Made by a program: the position numbers and the translations under genes | The notes under the pieces: model-generated | What the model was told of the DNA's origin: nothing | Databases searched by the model: none | What the model saw: only the letters and a program-made list of their open reading frames with translations | In this document: positions 51,856 to 61,857 of the stretch, one piece after another | Position numbering within the stretch: position 1 is the first letter of the stretch | Layout of the letters: each line of letters begins with the position of its first letter | Source: Polyangiales bacterium | GTDB taxonomy: Bacteria; Myxococcota_A; Polyangia; Polyangiales; Ga0077539 | Length of the DNA stretch: 64,000 bases | Direction of reading: 5' to 3' | Assembly: GCA_044229975.1 (NCBI GenBank) | Contig: JBGARZ010000002.1 | Span: 896,001-960,000 of the forward strand

Positions 51856-52707
51856 TTGCGTCGTTCACTCTGGATTGCTCCGCTCGTCGCCGTGGTCGGG
51901 GTGTATGGCTGTACCGGTGCGGGGCCCGACGCCGCCCTCGACGCGGACGTCGCGGCTCGCACCGAAGGCGTTGTGTTCGTCGAGCGGGTGACCGAGGCGG
52001 GCGGCGCGCGGGTGCACGTCGGCGGGCGCTTCTTCCGCTCCCAGGGCGTCGCGGCAGAGTCACTGCCCGACCTCGTGGGCGCGCCGCCAAGCGGTGCCAC
52101 CGTCGGCTGCACCGAGCAGGGCGCCATGGCCGAGGCGCTCGACTCGTCCCATGCCGAGGTTCAGCTCCTCGACGTCGGCGCCATCGATGCGCGCGCCGAT
52201 TCCTTCACCGCCCGCATGTCCCCGCACCGCCTCCCCGACCTCTGGAACGTCGTCTCCGGCGTGGTCTATGGCCTCGACGGCGATCTCCCCGTGGGGAGCT
52301 GGCAGTTCACGGCGGCGGGCGATCCCGCCACGGCACGCGGCGCGTTCGACGTGAGCGGCGCTCCGCCCGAGGCCATCGGCGAGCTGCGCGTCGGCGACAC
52401 GCTGGCCCTCCCTCAGGGCAGCGCCATCGCCCTGCCCCGTCGTGGGAGTCTCACGCTGCGCTGGTCGCGCGGCGTCACCACCGACCGGGTCGCGGTGGTG
52501 TTCGAAGGGTCGGGTTCGTTGTCTTGCGGCGCGCGCGATGACGGCGCTCTCGACCTCGACGCCGCCAGCTCCGACCGCGTGCGCGAGCTGCTTCGGCAGG
52601 GCGGTACCCTGTCGGTCCATCGGCTTCGCACCGTCCCGTTTGCGGTCAGCGGCATCGACCGTGCGACGCTGGTGTTCGACCAGGTGGTCCGCGTTCGCAT
52701 CGAGTAG
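51856..52707 (+). CDS. Hypothetical lipoprotein
   Basis: Signal LRRSLWIAPLVAVVGVYGC; start uncertain. Confidence 0.68.
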   Translation: MRRSLWIAPLVAVVGVYGCTGAGPDAALDADVAARTEGVVFVERVTEAGGARVHVGGRFFRSQGVAAESLPDLVGAPPSGATVGCTEQGAMAEALDSSHAEVQLLDVGAIDARADSFTARMSPHRLPDLWNVVSGVVYGLDGDLPVGSWQFTAAGDPATARGAFDVSGAPPEAIGELRVGDTLALPQGSAIALPRRGSLTLRWSRGVTTDRVAVVFEGSGSLSCGARDDGALDLDAASSDRVRELLRQGGTLSVHRLRTVPFAVSGIDRATLVFDQVVRVRIE

Positions 52708-52716
52708 GCGCGAAGG

Positions 52717-55700
52717 TCAGCGACGGCGCAGCGCCTCGCCCGCCTCGGTGCGCAGCGACGCGTCGACGTCGTGTTCACTGATGCGCCGTAGCACCTCCAC
52801 CACGATGGGTTCGTGGCGGGCGATGAGCAGCCTGAGCGCGGCGCGACGCACCCACGCGTAGGGATCACCGACGGCCGCCTCACCGAGCGATCGCGTCGAC
52901 TCCTCCCCCGGGATGCGGCCGAGGGACTCGACCGCGAGGAGCCGGTCGGACCAGTCCGAACGCGCGGCGACCCGAGCCAGCGCAGCGGTGGCCTCACCCG
53001 CGGGGGCCACCACCCCGCGACCCCCGGTGGCGAGCGCGCGGGTCGCCAGCGCACGGATCGTTGGATCGGGCAGGAGCGCCGCCGCCCGTAGGACGTCCAC
53101 CGCGGCGGCATCGTCGGTCTGCGCCAGCACCCGCAGGAGCGCGGGTCGACCACCCGGCGAATACGTCGGCCACGCCGCCGCGAGGCTCGGCGCGAGCATC
53201 GTGAGCACACGATGGCGGGCGTCCCGTGCGGCTGCGGGTGCAGCGGAGAGCGGTTGGGAAGCGATCGGCGGCAGCGTCGTCGCAGCGTCGAGGCTCGCGA
53301 CTGCAACCTCGCGCCGAAAGGGGTCGGCCAGCGCCTCACGCAAGGTGGCGACCGCCACCGCCTCGTCGCGTACGAGCACCGCGGCGCCGTCGTCGGCGCG
53401 GCCCACCTGGAGGAAGAGGGAGACCAGCACCGCGGCGGCGCCGTCCGCCGACCCTGCGGCCTGCCACGCCGGCCCCTCGAAGAGCCCTTCGCCGTGGACA
53501 CTGCGGGAGAGCGACGCGGCGGCCACCTCGGCGAGCGCCGCGCCGGGCGGCGAGCTGGCGGACGTCGTCCCGAAGGCGGCGCGCCAGAGCGGGAGACGGA
53601 GAGTGGGCTGCGTGGCGGCCGACGCGCCCAGCGCCGCGAGCGAGGCCGCGTGGGACCATGGCCCCAGCGCGCTCTCGCGGGCGAGGCGCTCGGCCCACTG
53701 GGCGCTCGCGGGGACGAGCGACGCCCAGGCGATGAGCGCCGCGGCGCGGAGAGGTCCGTCGGCCGTCCGTGCGATGACCGTTTCCAGCGCGGGGCGAGCC
53801 GCGACGGAGCGACGAGCGGCGAGTGCGAGCGCGGCCATCGCGGCGGGCGAGTCCGCGTCGGGTCGCAGTAGCGCCGTGCGTAGCGCAGCGTCGATGCCCG
53901 GACCCGACAGGCGCGAGAGCCCCCAGGCTGCGACCGATGCGCCGACGTGGCCGCCGCGGAGCAACGCCACCAGGGACGGGATCGCGCGCGCGTCGGCGGA
54001 CGAGACCGCGGCACGCAGCGCCTCGCGGCTGGTCACGCCATCGAGGTCGACGCGCGCGGCCACGCCGAGGAGGGACTGCACCGCGTCGGCGCTCTGCATC
54101 GCACCAAGGATGCGGACGGCGAGCAGCTGCCGAGCGGCCCCGGGCTCGGCGAGCACGTCGAGGAGCGGGCGCACCGCGCGCGACGACAGCCGACGGAGCC
54201 GCGCCCGCGCCTCGGCCGCGCGCGTGGGGTCGACGTCGGCGAGCGCCTCCACGTCGGGTCGCAGCCACGCGAGGAAGAGCTCGGATTGCAGGCGATGCAG
54301 CACCGCGCGACTCGGGGCGGCGGCGCTCCCGGCGGCGAGGTCGGCGGCGAGGGCGTCCGCGCCGTGGGTGGCCACCGCGACCTGCACGGCGATGCGGCCC
54401 GCCCGGCCCACCAGGTCATCGTCGGTCGAGCGGCGCACCACGCTGCGGAGCCGATCGACGGCCTCGACGGCCTCGCCGCGTACGAGGTGGAGGTCCGCGA
54501 GGCGCAGCGCGCTCTCGAAGTCCCGATCGTTGAGGCTGAGGGCGCGGCGGTAGGCGCCGACTGCGCGGTCCAGTTCGCCGCGAGCGCGGTAGAGGTCGCC
54601 GAGCTCGCGATGACCCGCGGCGTCGTCGGGGTTGAGCTCGACCGCGCGCGCCGCGAAGCCCACCGCGTCGGCGTCGCGGTGCATCGACAGGGCGTGCCGC
54701 GCGAGGCGCGGATAGACCTCGCGGCCGCGCCGGGGATCGATGGCGAGGACCCGTTGTAGCGCTTCGACCGCGCCGGGCAGATCGCCCCGCTCGACCCGCA
54801 CTCGCTCGATCGCGAGCCACGACCGGGCGTCGGCAGGTTGCAACGTCACCACCCGCAACAGCGCCCGCTCCAGGTCGGCGGGGCGGCGGAGGCGGGCGTA
54901 CACCTCCACGAGATCGAGCGCGGCCTCGACGGACGACGGGTCGGCCTGGAGCGACTCCTCCAACCGTGTGGCGTAGCCGGGGAGGAGACCCTGGAGGTTC
55001 CAGAGGCTGGCGATGCGGGCGCGGGCCTCGCCGCGGAGGTCGGGGTCGGTGGCGGGCAGCGCGATGAGCCGTCGCCACGTCTCGATGGCGCCCGGGAAGT
55101 CACGCGCCTGCTCCTGCGTCTGGGCCAGCAGGCGCGTCGAGGTGACGTCGTCGGGTCGCAGGTCGAGCGCCAGGCGAAAGGCCGTGATGGCATCGGGCAG
55201 GAGGTCGTGCCGCGCGAACACCTCGCCGATCGCCCGGTGCCCCTCGGCGCGACTGCGCGCGCGCTGCCGGATGCGCTCCCACACCGCGACGGCGCCGCTG
55301 CGGTCGCCGCGCTCCCAGTGCCGATCACCCAGCGCTTCGAGCGCCGCCGGATCACCCGGGTCGAGCTGCACCACGCGCTCGGTCTCGCGCGTCGCGAGGT
55401 CGGCCGCGCCCATCCGCGCAAAGGCCTGCGCAAGCTGCTCGTGGCTCTCGGCGTCGGCGCCCGCCCGCGCGCTCGCCGCTGTCAGCGTCGCGATCGCGTC
55501 GGCGCGTCGACCCGCGCGTTGCAGCTCGTCGGCCAGGTCGACCGCGTAGCGCACCTCCCGCGGAACCGCCGCCACCAACGCCCGCCGCGCCGCGAGCGCC
55601 TCGTCGACCCGCCCCGCCTGCGTGAGCGCCTGCACCAGCTGCACGCGCAGGTCGACGTCCCGTGGTCGCAAGGTGATCGCCCGTCGCAGCGCCCGCACCG

Positions 55701-56745
55701 CGCCGTCGGACTGACCGAGCGCCGCATAGCGCCGACCGAGGAAGGCCCAGCGCTCCGCGCCCCCGCCGGGCTGGCGTTCGAGGGAGGCGATCCAGGCGCC
55801 GAGGTCCTGCCGCTGCTCGTGGATCTCCGCGAGAGACTCGTAGACGTCGACCTCGATGGCGGGCGTCGACCCGCCGCCCATCGCCCGGAGCAGCGTGCGC
55901 TCGGCCTCGTCGAGCATCCCCGCGCGGAGCTGCGCCCGACCGAGGTCGCGCAGCACCGCAGGCAACACGCGAAGGTCACCCTCCAGCGACCGCGCCACCC
56001 GCTCCAGCTCCGACACCGCCGAGGGCCATCGCTGTCGCGCCACCAGGACATCCGCCAGCTCCCGGCGCACCGCGGCGCTCCCCGGCAGCAGCGCCACGAG
56101 GTCGCGGTGCGAGGTGCGCGCGCGCTCCATGTCGTTGGTCGCAACGGAGAGGTCCATCTGCGCGCGCAGGATCTCGGCGCGGTCGTCGCGGGAGGTGCTC
56201 AGCGCCGCAGCCCGGGTGTACGCCGCGAGGGCCTCGGCTGGGTGGTCGAGTTGATGGAGCACGCGCGCGAGCGAGCGCCACGCGGCGGCGCTGGAGGGTC
56301 GCTCGTCGGCCGAGCGATGAAAGGCCGCGATGGCCTCGTCGAAGCGACCCGCGTCGCGGAAGACCTCTCCCCGAATGAGGTCGATGGCCCCCGGCGACGC
56401 CGAGGCGCGCCGCTCTTCGAGCGCCTGCAGCAACCGCTCGGAGGAGCCGTCGCGCGCGCGCACCTGGCGAAGCAGCGTGGGCAGCAGCGCCAGGCCCTGG
56501 GCGGGGTCGTCGATCACCAGGGTGATGAGGCGCTGGATGGCGGCATCGCGCGTCGAGGTCGACGGCGCCGCGATCGCTGGCGGTGGTGGCGTCGCACGCG
56601 GGGTGGCCACGCGCGGAGGTCGCGGACGTGGGCGCCTGGCCGGTCGCGAGGGGCGGCTACCGACATCCCAGTCCTGGGCCCATGCGGGCGCCGCGGAGAG
56701 GGCGACGAACAGCAACGCAAGGGAGGCGCGACGACGGACGCTCAC
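52717..56745 (-). CDS. Large secreted TPR + HEAT-repeat protein
   Basis: Signal peptide ..APAWA; many TPR units (A..LDP.D..A...LG); C-terminal HEAT-like DPYAWVRRAAL. Confidence 0.82.
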   Translation of the reverse strand: MSVRRRASLALLFVALSAAPAWAQDWDVGSRPSRPARRPRPRPPRVATPRATPPPPAIAAPSTSTRDAAIQRLITLVIDDPAQGLALLPTLLRQVRARDGSSERLLQALEERRASASPGAIDLIRGEVFRDAGRFDEAIAAFHRSADERPSSAAAWRSLARVLHQLDHPAEALAAYTRAAALSTSRDDRAEILRAQMDLSVATNDMERARTSHRDLVALLPGSAAVRRELADVLVARQRWPSAVSELERVARSLEGDLRVLPAVLRDLGRAQLRAGMLDEAERTLLRAMGGGSTPAIEVDVYESLAEIHEQRQDLGAWIASLERQPGGGAERWAFLGRRYAALGQSDGAVRALRRAITLRPRDVDLRVQLVQALTQAGRVDEALAARRALVAAVPREVRYAVDLADELQRAGRRADAIATLTAASARAGADAESHEQLAQAFARMGAADLATRETERVVQLDPGDPAALEALGDRHWERGDRSGAVAVWERIRQRARSRAEGHRAIGEVFARHDLLPDAITAFRLALDLRPDDVTSTRLLAQTQEQARDFPGAIETWRRLIALPATDPDLRGEARARIASLWNLQGLLPGYATRLEESLQADPSSVEAALDLVEVYARLRRPADLERALLRVVTLQPADARSWLAIERVRVERGDLPGAVEALQRVLAIDPRRGREVYPRLARHALSMHRDADAVGFAARAVELNPDDAAGHRELGDLYRARGELDRAVGAYRRALSLNDRDFESALRLADLHLVRGEAVEAVDRLRSVVRRSTDDDLVGRAGRIAVQVAVATHGADALAADLAAGSAAAPSRAVLHRLQSELFLAWLRPDVEALADVDPTRAAEARARLRRLSSRAVRPLLDVLAEPGAARQLLAVRILGAMQSADAVQSLLGVAARVDLDGVTSREALRAAVSSADARAIPSLVALLRGGHVGASVAAWGLSRLSGPGIDAALRTALLRPDADSPAAMAALALAARRSVAARPALETVIARTADGPLRAAALIAWASLVPASAQWAERLARESALGPWSHAASLAALGASAATQPTLRLPLWRAAFGTTSASSPPGAALAEVAAASLSRSVHGEGLFEGPAWQAAGSADGAAAVLVSLFLQVGRADDGAAVLVRDEAVAVATLREALADPFRREVAVASLDAATTLPPIASQPLSAAPAAARDARHRVLTMLAPSLAAAWPTYSPGGRPALLRVLAQTDDAAAVDVLRAAALLPDPTIRALATRALATGGRGVVAPAGEATAALARVAARSDWSDRLLAVESLGRIPGEESTRSLGEAAVGDPYAWVRRAALRLLIARHEPIVVEVLRRISEHDVDASLRTEAGEALRRR

Positions 56746-56807
56746 CGACCCACTCTACGCCCCGGGGCTGGCTGAGGGCTCGTCTCCCGTGCATAGCTGC
56801 CGCTCCC

Positions 56808-57782
56808 GTGCCCGACCTCGTCGTTGCTCCCACCCCGTTGACGTTGGCCGAGGCCGTTTCCCGCGCCGTCGGCTGCGAGGTGTGGATCAAGCGCGACGAC
56901 CAGACCCACCCCCGCTACGGCGGCAACAAGGTGCGCAAGCTCGTCGCCCTTTTGGCCGAAGCGCGCGCGCGACGCGTGACGCACCTGCTCACCCTGGGAG
57001 CCGCCGGCTCGCACCACGTACTCGCGACCGCGGTGCACGGCGCCTCCGCCGGATTTCATGTCGAGGCCGCGCTCTTCCCACAGCCCGGATCGGCCCACGT
57101 CGAGGCCATGCTGGGGGCGTCGGCCCACCAGGCGCATCGCCTCCACCCCTGCCGCAACGTCGCGACGGCCATGGGCACGCTGCTCGCTCGTTCGATCGCG
57201 CTGCGCGCCGCGGGCGCCCGGCCCTGGATCATCCCCGTCGGTGGCAGCAACACCCTCGGCGCCTCCGGGTACCTCGACGCCCAACGCGAGCTCGCGGGGC
57301 AGTGGGAGGCATCGGGCGTTGCGCGCCCCGACGTTCAGGTCTGCGCGCTCGGCTCTGGGGGAACCCTCGCCGGTCTCCTCGCCGGCCATGCCGCCGTGGG
57401 CGGGCGCGGAGAGGTGTGGGGCGTTCGCGTCACGCCGCGGTTCGCCGTCCCTTCGATGCGCGTGCGTTCGCTCGCCCGCTCGGTGCTTCGCCGTGCGGCC
57501 GTCGACGCCCGATGCCCGCCGGTCAGGGTCTTCGAGGGAGCCCTCGGAAACGGATACGGGCAGTCGACCGCGGAGGGAGATTTCGCCCGCGACCTCTTCG
57601 CCCGCGACGGCATCACGCTCGACGACACCTACACCGCCAAGGCGGCGGCCGGGCTCATCGCCCTCGCCCGGCGGGCTCCGCAGCGATACCTCCTCTGGCA
57701 CACCCTCTCGTCCGCGCCGCTCGAACCGCTGCTGGAGGGAGAAGCACCGCTCTCCCCGTCGCTGCGCGCGCTGCTTCGCTGA
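56808..57782 (+). CDS. PLP-dependent ACC deaminase / D-cysteine desulfhydrase family protein
   Basis: PTPL, IKRDD..GGNKVRKL, SHH, PVGGS, GSGGT.AGL, YTAKA. Confidence 0.88.
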   Translation: MPDLVVAPTPLTLAEAVSRAVGCEVWIKRDDQTHPRYGGNKVRKLVALLAEARARRVTHLLTLGAAGSHHVLATAVHGASAGFHVEAALFPQPGSAHVEAMLGASAHQAHRLHPCRNVATAMGTLLARSIALRAAGARPWIIPVGGSNTLGASGYLDAQRELAGQWEASGVARPDVQVCALGSGGTLAGLLAGHAAVGGRGEVWGVRVTPRFAVPSMRVRSLARSVLRRAAVDARCPPVRVFEGALGNGYGQSTAEGDFARDLFARDGITLDDTYTAKAAAGLIALARRAPQRYLLWHTLSSAPLEPLLEGEAPLSPSLRALLR

Positions 57783-57957
57783 CGACGCCCTCCGCCGGGG
57801 AGAGCCCATCCGCCGGGTCGAGCGCGACCAGCGCCGCGGTCAGACCATCCAACCCGTCATGCAACCAGCACCCGGAGGGCCGCTTGACATGATGCCGATC
57901 TCCAAGGCTTCTCTCGCGCCCGTGATCACCCCCTACGCGACCGACGCCGACCCCTGC

Positions 57958-59007
57958 ATGCTCCGACCGAGCGCGGCAGACCCGGTGGGACAGTTCTTCG
58001 CGGAGGTCCGAGCGCGCGTCGATGCCCGGCTCCGCGCCGCGCTCGACGACGTCGAAGTCTTCACGCGCGACGCAGCCCCGGACGCCATCGGCATCGTCGA
58101 GGCCGCCCGCGACCTCACCTTCCGCGGCGGCAAGCGCCTCCGGCCTGCCCTCCTCGCCGCGGCCGTCGCGTGCGTCGACCCCGCGGCCTACCCCGTGGTG
58201 GTCACCGACCTCGGCGCGGCGCTGGAACTCCTCCAGACCTACCTGCTCGTGCACGACGATTGGATGGACGACGACCCCGTGCGTCGCGGCGCCCCGTCGG
58301 TGCACGTCTCCCTCTCCCAACGCTTCGGCGACCAGCGCATCGGGGCGAGCGCGGCCATCCTCTGCGGCGACCTCATGGGCGCCCTCGTCCACGACCTCGT
58401 GGCGACCATCGAGCTCCCGTCCGCCCGCCGCCGCTCGGTGCTCCGCACCTTCGCTCGCATGGAGCACGAGGTCATCCTGGGTCAGTGCCTCGACGTCACC
58501 CACAGCCCCGACACCGACCGGGTGCATCACCTCAAGACGGGCAGCTACACCGTGCGCGGACCCCTCACGCTCGGCCTCGACGTCGCGGGCGGCGGGGACG
58601 ACGTCCGGCGCGCGCTCGACGCGTACGGCACGCCGCTCGGCCTGGCGTTTCAGCTCCGCGATGACGTGCTCGGCGCCTTCGGCAGCGAGGCCGAGACGGG
58701 CAAGCCCGTGGGCGGCGACTTCCGCGAGGGCAAGCACACCGCGCTCGTGCAGTACGCGCTGACCCAGCTCTCGGCCGACCGCGCGCGCGAGCTCACCGGG
58801 ATGCTCGGTCGACGTGACCTCAGCCTCGACGAGGTGGGCGCCGTGCGCTCGCTGCTCGAAGCCTCGGGGGCGCGCGAGCACGTCGAGGCACGCATCCGCG
58901 CCCTGCGCGAACAGGCGCTCGCGGCCCTGCACCCCGACCTGTTGCGCGAGGAGGGCCGCACCCTGCTGACGGCGTTTGCGTCCCTGATGACCGAGCGGAG
59001 GCTATGA
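57958..59007 (+). CDS. Polyprenyl diphosphate synthase (FPP/GGPP synthase family)
   Basis: GGKRLRP, HDDWMDDDPVRRG, GQCLD, KTGSY, FQLRDD; start may instead be 57889. Confidence 0.92.
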   Translation: MLRPSAADPVGQFFAEVRARVDARLRAALDDVEVFTRDAAPDAIGIVEAARDLTFRGGKRLRPALLAAAVACVDPAAYPVVVTDLGAALELLQTYLLVHDDWMDDDPVRRGAPSVHVSLSQRFGDQRIGASAAILCGDLMGALVHDLVATIELPSARRRSVLRTFARMEHEVILGQCLDVTHSPDTDRVHHLKTGSYTVRGPLTLGLDVAGGGDDVRRALDAYGTPLGLAFQLRDDVLGAFGSEAETGKPVGGDFREGKHTALVQYALTQLSADRARELTGMLGRRDLSLDEVGAVRSLLEASGAREHVEARIRALREQALAALHPDLLREEGRTLLTAFASLMTERRL

Positions 59008-59900
59008 CCGCGACCGCACATGGAAAGGTGATTCTCCTGGGCGAGCACGCCGTGGTCTTCGGCGCCGAGGCCCTCGCGGCGTCGCTCTCGCCCGGAGCGG
59101 AGTGCGTCGCGTCGCCGTCACCCGACGGCATCGTGCTGCGTGTCCACCCGTGGGAGCACTCGTTTCGACCGGGCGACGGCTCTGAGCTCGGGCGCGCGGT
59201 CGGGTCGCTGTGCGAGGCCATGGCGGTGAGCGACGTCGCGCTCGCGTTGACGCTGCACCTCCCCGGCGGCGGCGGACTCGGATCGTCCGCGGCGATGGGC
59301 GTGGCGTGCGCCCGGGCGCTGGCTGACCACGCGGGTCGTGAGCTCAGCGAGCCCGAGCTGCTGGCGTTGGCGCTCGGCTGGGAGAAGGTGTTTCACGGCA
59401 ACCCGTCGGGCATCGACCACACCCTCGCCGCGCTCGGCGGGGTCGGGCTGTACAGTCGATCGGCGGGGTTCAGCCGGGTGCCCACGCGCGGTGCGCTGCG
59501 GCTGTGCCTCGGTGACAGCGGCGAGCGGGCCTCGACGCGGGAGATGGTCGAAGGGGTTGCGCGGTTGCGCGCGCGACGCCCCGAGGCGACCGATCGCACC
59601 TTCGAGGCCATCGGCGTGGTCGCTCGCAACGGCGCGCTCGCCCTGCGCGAAGGCGACGCCCGCAACCTCGGTGACTTCATGAACCTCAACCAGAACCTCC
59701 TCGCCTCGCTCCTCGTCTCCACCGAGAGGCTCGAAGACCTCTGCGCGTCGGCCCGCGCGTCGGGCGCGCTCGGCGCCAAGCTCACCGGCGCGGGCGGCGG
59801 CGGCTGCGTCATCGCGCTCGCGCCCGGCCACGAGACCGACGTGCTCGAAGGGTGGAGAGCGCTCGGCGTCGAGGGGCGCGTGGTGGAGGTCGGCCGATGA
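59004..59900 (+). CDS. mvk: Mevalonate kinase
   Basis: HGKVILLGEHAVV, GLGSSAA, HGNPSGID, GAKLTGAGGGG. Confidence 0.93.
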   Translation: MTATAHGKVILLGEHAVVFGAEALAASLSPGAECVASPSPDGIVLRVHPWEHSFRPGDGSELGRAVGSLCEAMAVSDVALALTLHLPGGGGLGSSAAMGVACARALADHAGRELSEPELLALALGWEKVFHGNPSGIDHTLAALGGVGLYSRSAGFSRVPTRGALRLCLGDSGERASTREMVEGVARLRARRPEATDRTFEAIGVVARNGALALREGDARNLGDFMNLNQNLLASLLVSTERLEDLCASARASGALGAKLTGAGGGGCVIALAPGHETDVLEGWRALGVEGRVVEVGR

Positions 59901-60886
59901 GCGCGTATTTCGCGAGGGCGCGCGCCAACATCGCGCTGAGCAAATACTGGGGGAAGGCCGACCGCGCGCTCAACCTCCCGGCCGTTCCGAGCCTGTCGCT
60001 CACCCTTGATGATCTTGTGACGGAGACCACCGCGACCCGCGACGACGCCCTCACGGCCGACCACGTCGAGCTCGACGGAACCCTCCGCACCGGCAACGAA
60101 GGCGCGACGCTTGGGGCCTTCCTCGCGCTGGTCCGCGAGCGCGCCGGCATCACCGAGGGCACCACGGGCAGCTACCTCCGGGTGAGCTCCTTCAATCGAT
60201 TTCCGACCGCGTCCGGGCTCGCGTCGAGCGCGTCGGGCTACGCGGCCCTCGCCGCGGCGGCCACGGCCGCCTATGGGCTCTCCCTCGACGACGAGGCCCT
60301 CTCTGCGCTCGCGCGGCGTGGCAGCGCCTCGGCGGCGCGCAGCGTCTTCGGCGGCTGGGTCGAGCTCCCCGCGGGCGCACCGGGAGATGACCGCACCGGC
60401 GCTCGTTGCCTCTTCGGCGCATCGCACTGGTCCGTCGCGATGGTGCTCGCGCTCGTCGACCGTGGCCCGAAGGACATCGCCTCGCGGGACGGGATGCGCC
60501 GCACCGCCGAGACCTCCCCCTACTACGGTGCGTGGCTCGCGCAGGCGCCGCTGCTGCACGCCCGGGTGCGTGCGGCGGTGACCGCGCGCGACCTGCAGGC
60601 GGTGGGTGAAGCGATGGAGGCAAGCACCATGGCGATGCACGCGAGCGCGTGGGCCGCGCAGCCCGCGGTGCGCTACGCGAAGGGCGTGACGCTCGACCTG
60701 CTCGACGCCGTGCAGGCGATGCGGCGCGACGGTGTCGGCGCGTGGGCCACGATGGACGCGGGGCCCCATGTGAAGGTGCTGTGCGCCCAGGGTGATGCCG
60801 ATCTCGTGGCCGCGCGGGTGCGACAGGTGACGGGCGTGCTGGAGTCGCGCATCGCCCGACCGGGTGCGGGCATCGAACGGCCGTGA
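59897..60886 (+). CDS. mvaD: Diphosphomevalonate decarboxylase
   Basis: NIALSKYWGK, GLASSASG, ARRGSASAARS, TMDAGPHVK. Confidence 0.94.
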   Translation: MSAYFARARANIALSKYWGKADRALNLPAVPSLSLTLDDLVTETTATRDDALTADHVELDGTLRTGNEGATLGAFLALVRERAGITEGTTGSYLRVSSFNRFPTASGLASSASGYAALAAAATAAYGLSLDDEALSALARRGSASAARSVFGGWVELPAGAPGDDRTGARCLFGASHWSVAMVLALVDRGPKDIASRDGMRRTAETSPYYGAWLAQAPLLHARVRAAVTARDLQAVGEAMEASTMAMHASAWAAQPAVRYAKGVTLDLLDAVQAMRRDGVGAWATMDAGPHVKVLCAQGDADLVAARVRQVTGVLESRIARPGAGIERP

Positions 60887-61857
60887 AGGTTCGCGCGCCG
60901 GGCAAGCTGATGCTCGCTGGTGAATACGCGGTGCTCTACGGCGGCGACGCGTGGTGCCTCGCGGTCGATCGGTACGCGGTCGTCGACGAAGCCGTCGCCC
61001 CGGGTGGGTTCACGCCTCCCGAGGCGGTCGCGGCGTGGCGGGTGGCGGTGGCGGGTGGACTGCTCCGAGCGATGCCGACAGAGGGCTCGGCGCGCTTCGA
61101 CCTCACGCAGCTCGGCGGAGGTGGCGGGCGGAAGCTCGGCCTCGGCAGCAGCGCGGCGGGCTGCGTCGCGGGGCTCGCCTGGGCGGTCGCCAAGGAGCAG
61201 GGCGAGCTCGCGGTCGACCGGCGGCGCGACGACATCGCGCGGTGCGCGCGCGAGGGTCACCGCGCGGTGCAGGGCGGCGGCAGCGGCGTCGACGTGCTGA
61301 CCTCGGCCTTCGGCGGCCTGGCGATCGTTCGCTTCGTCGACGGCGTCGGCCGAGCGCCCACCGTCGGGCGCGGCCACATCCCCGACGCGCTGCGGTGGCG
61401 GGTCTTCTGGTCGGGTACGTCGGTGCGAACCTCCGAGATGATCGCGAAGGTGGAGGCACTCCGCGAGACGAGCCCGGCGACCCACTCGGTCTGCATCGAC
61501 GCCATCCGCGAGGCCACGCGCCTCCTTGAGCGCGGGTCTCACGGCGACGAGGCCGACGGGTACGTGGCCGCCATGCGTCGGCTCAACGCGGCGATGGCGG
61601 CGCTCGGTGTTGCGGCGGGCGCGCCCATCGTCACGGCGCCGATGGCGCGGCTCGCAGCGCGCGCCGAGCAGTTGGGCGCCGCCGTGAAGCCGTCGGGCGC
61701 GGGAGGCGGAGACGTCGTGGTGGCCTTCGCGCAGGATGACCTCGCGATGGACGCCGTCCGCGCGGCGGCTGCCGCCGAGGGTTTTGAAGAGGTCGACCTC
61801 GCCGCGGACGGCGGCGGGGTCGGCGTCGTGCACGAAGGGGAGCGCCAACTGCCATGA
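60883..61857 (+). CDS. Phosphomevalonate kinase
   Basis: APGKLMLAGEYAV, KLGLGSSAA, QGGGSGVD, KPSGAGGGD; operon context. Confidence 0.88.
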   Translation: MKVRAPGKLMLAGEYAVLYGGDAWCLAVDRYAVVDEAVAPGGFTPPEAVAAWRVAVAGGLLRAMPTEGSARFDLTQLGGGGGRKLGLGSSAAGCVAGLAWAVAKEQGELAVDRRRDDIARCAREGHRAVQGGGSGVDVLTSAFGGLAIVRFVDGVGRAPTVGRGHIPDALRWRVFWSGTSVRTSEMIAKVEALRETSPATHSVCIDAIREATRLLERGSHGDEADGYVAAMRRLNAAMAALGVAAGAPIVTAPMARLAARAEQLGAAVKPSGAGGGDVVVAFAQDDLAMDAVRAAAAAEGFEEVDLAADGGGVGVVHEGERQLP

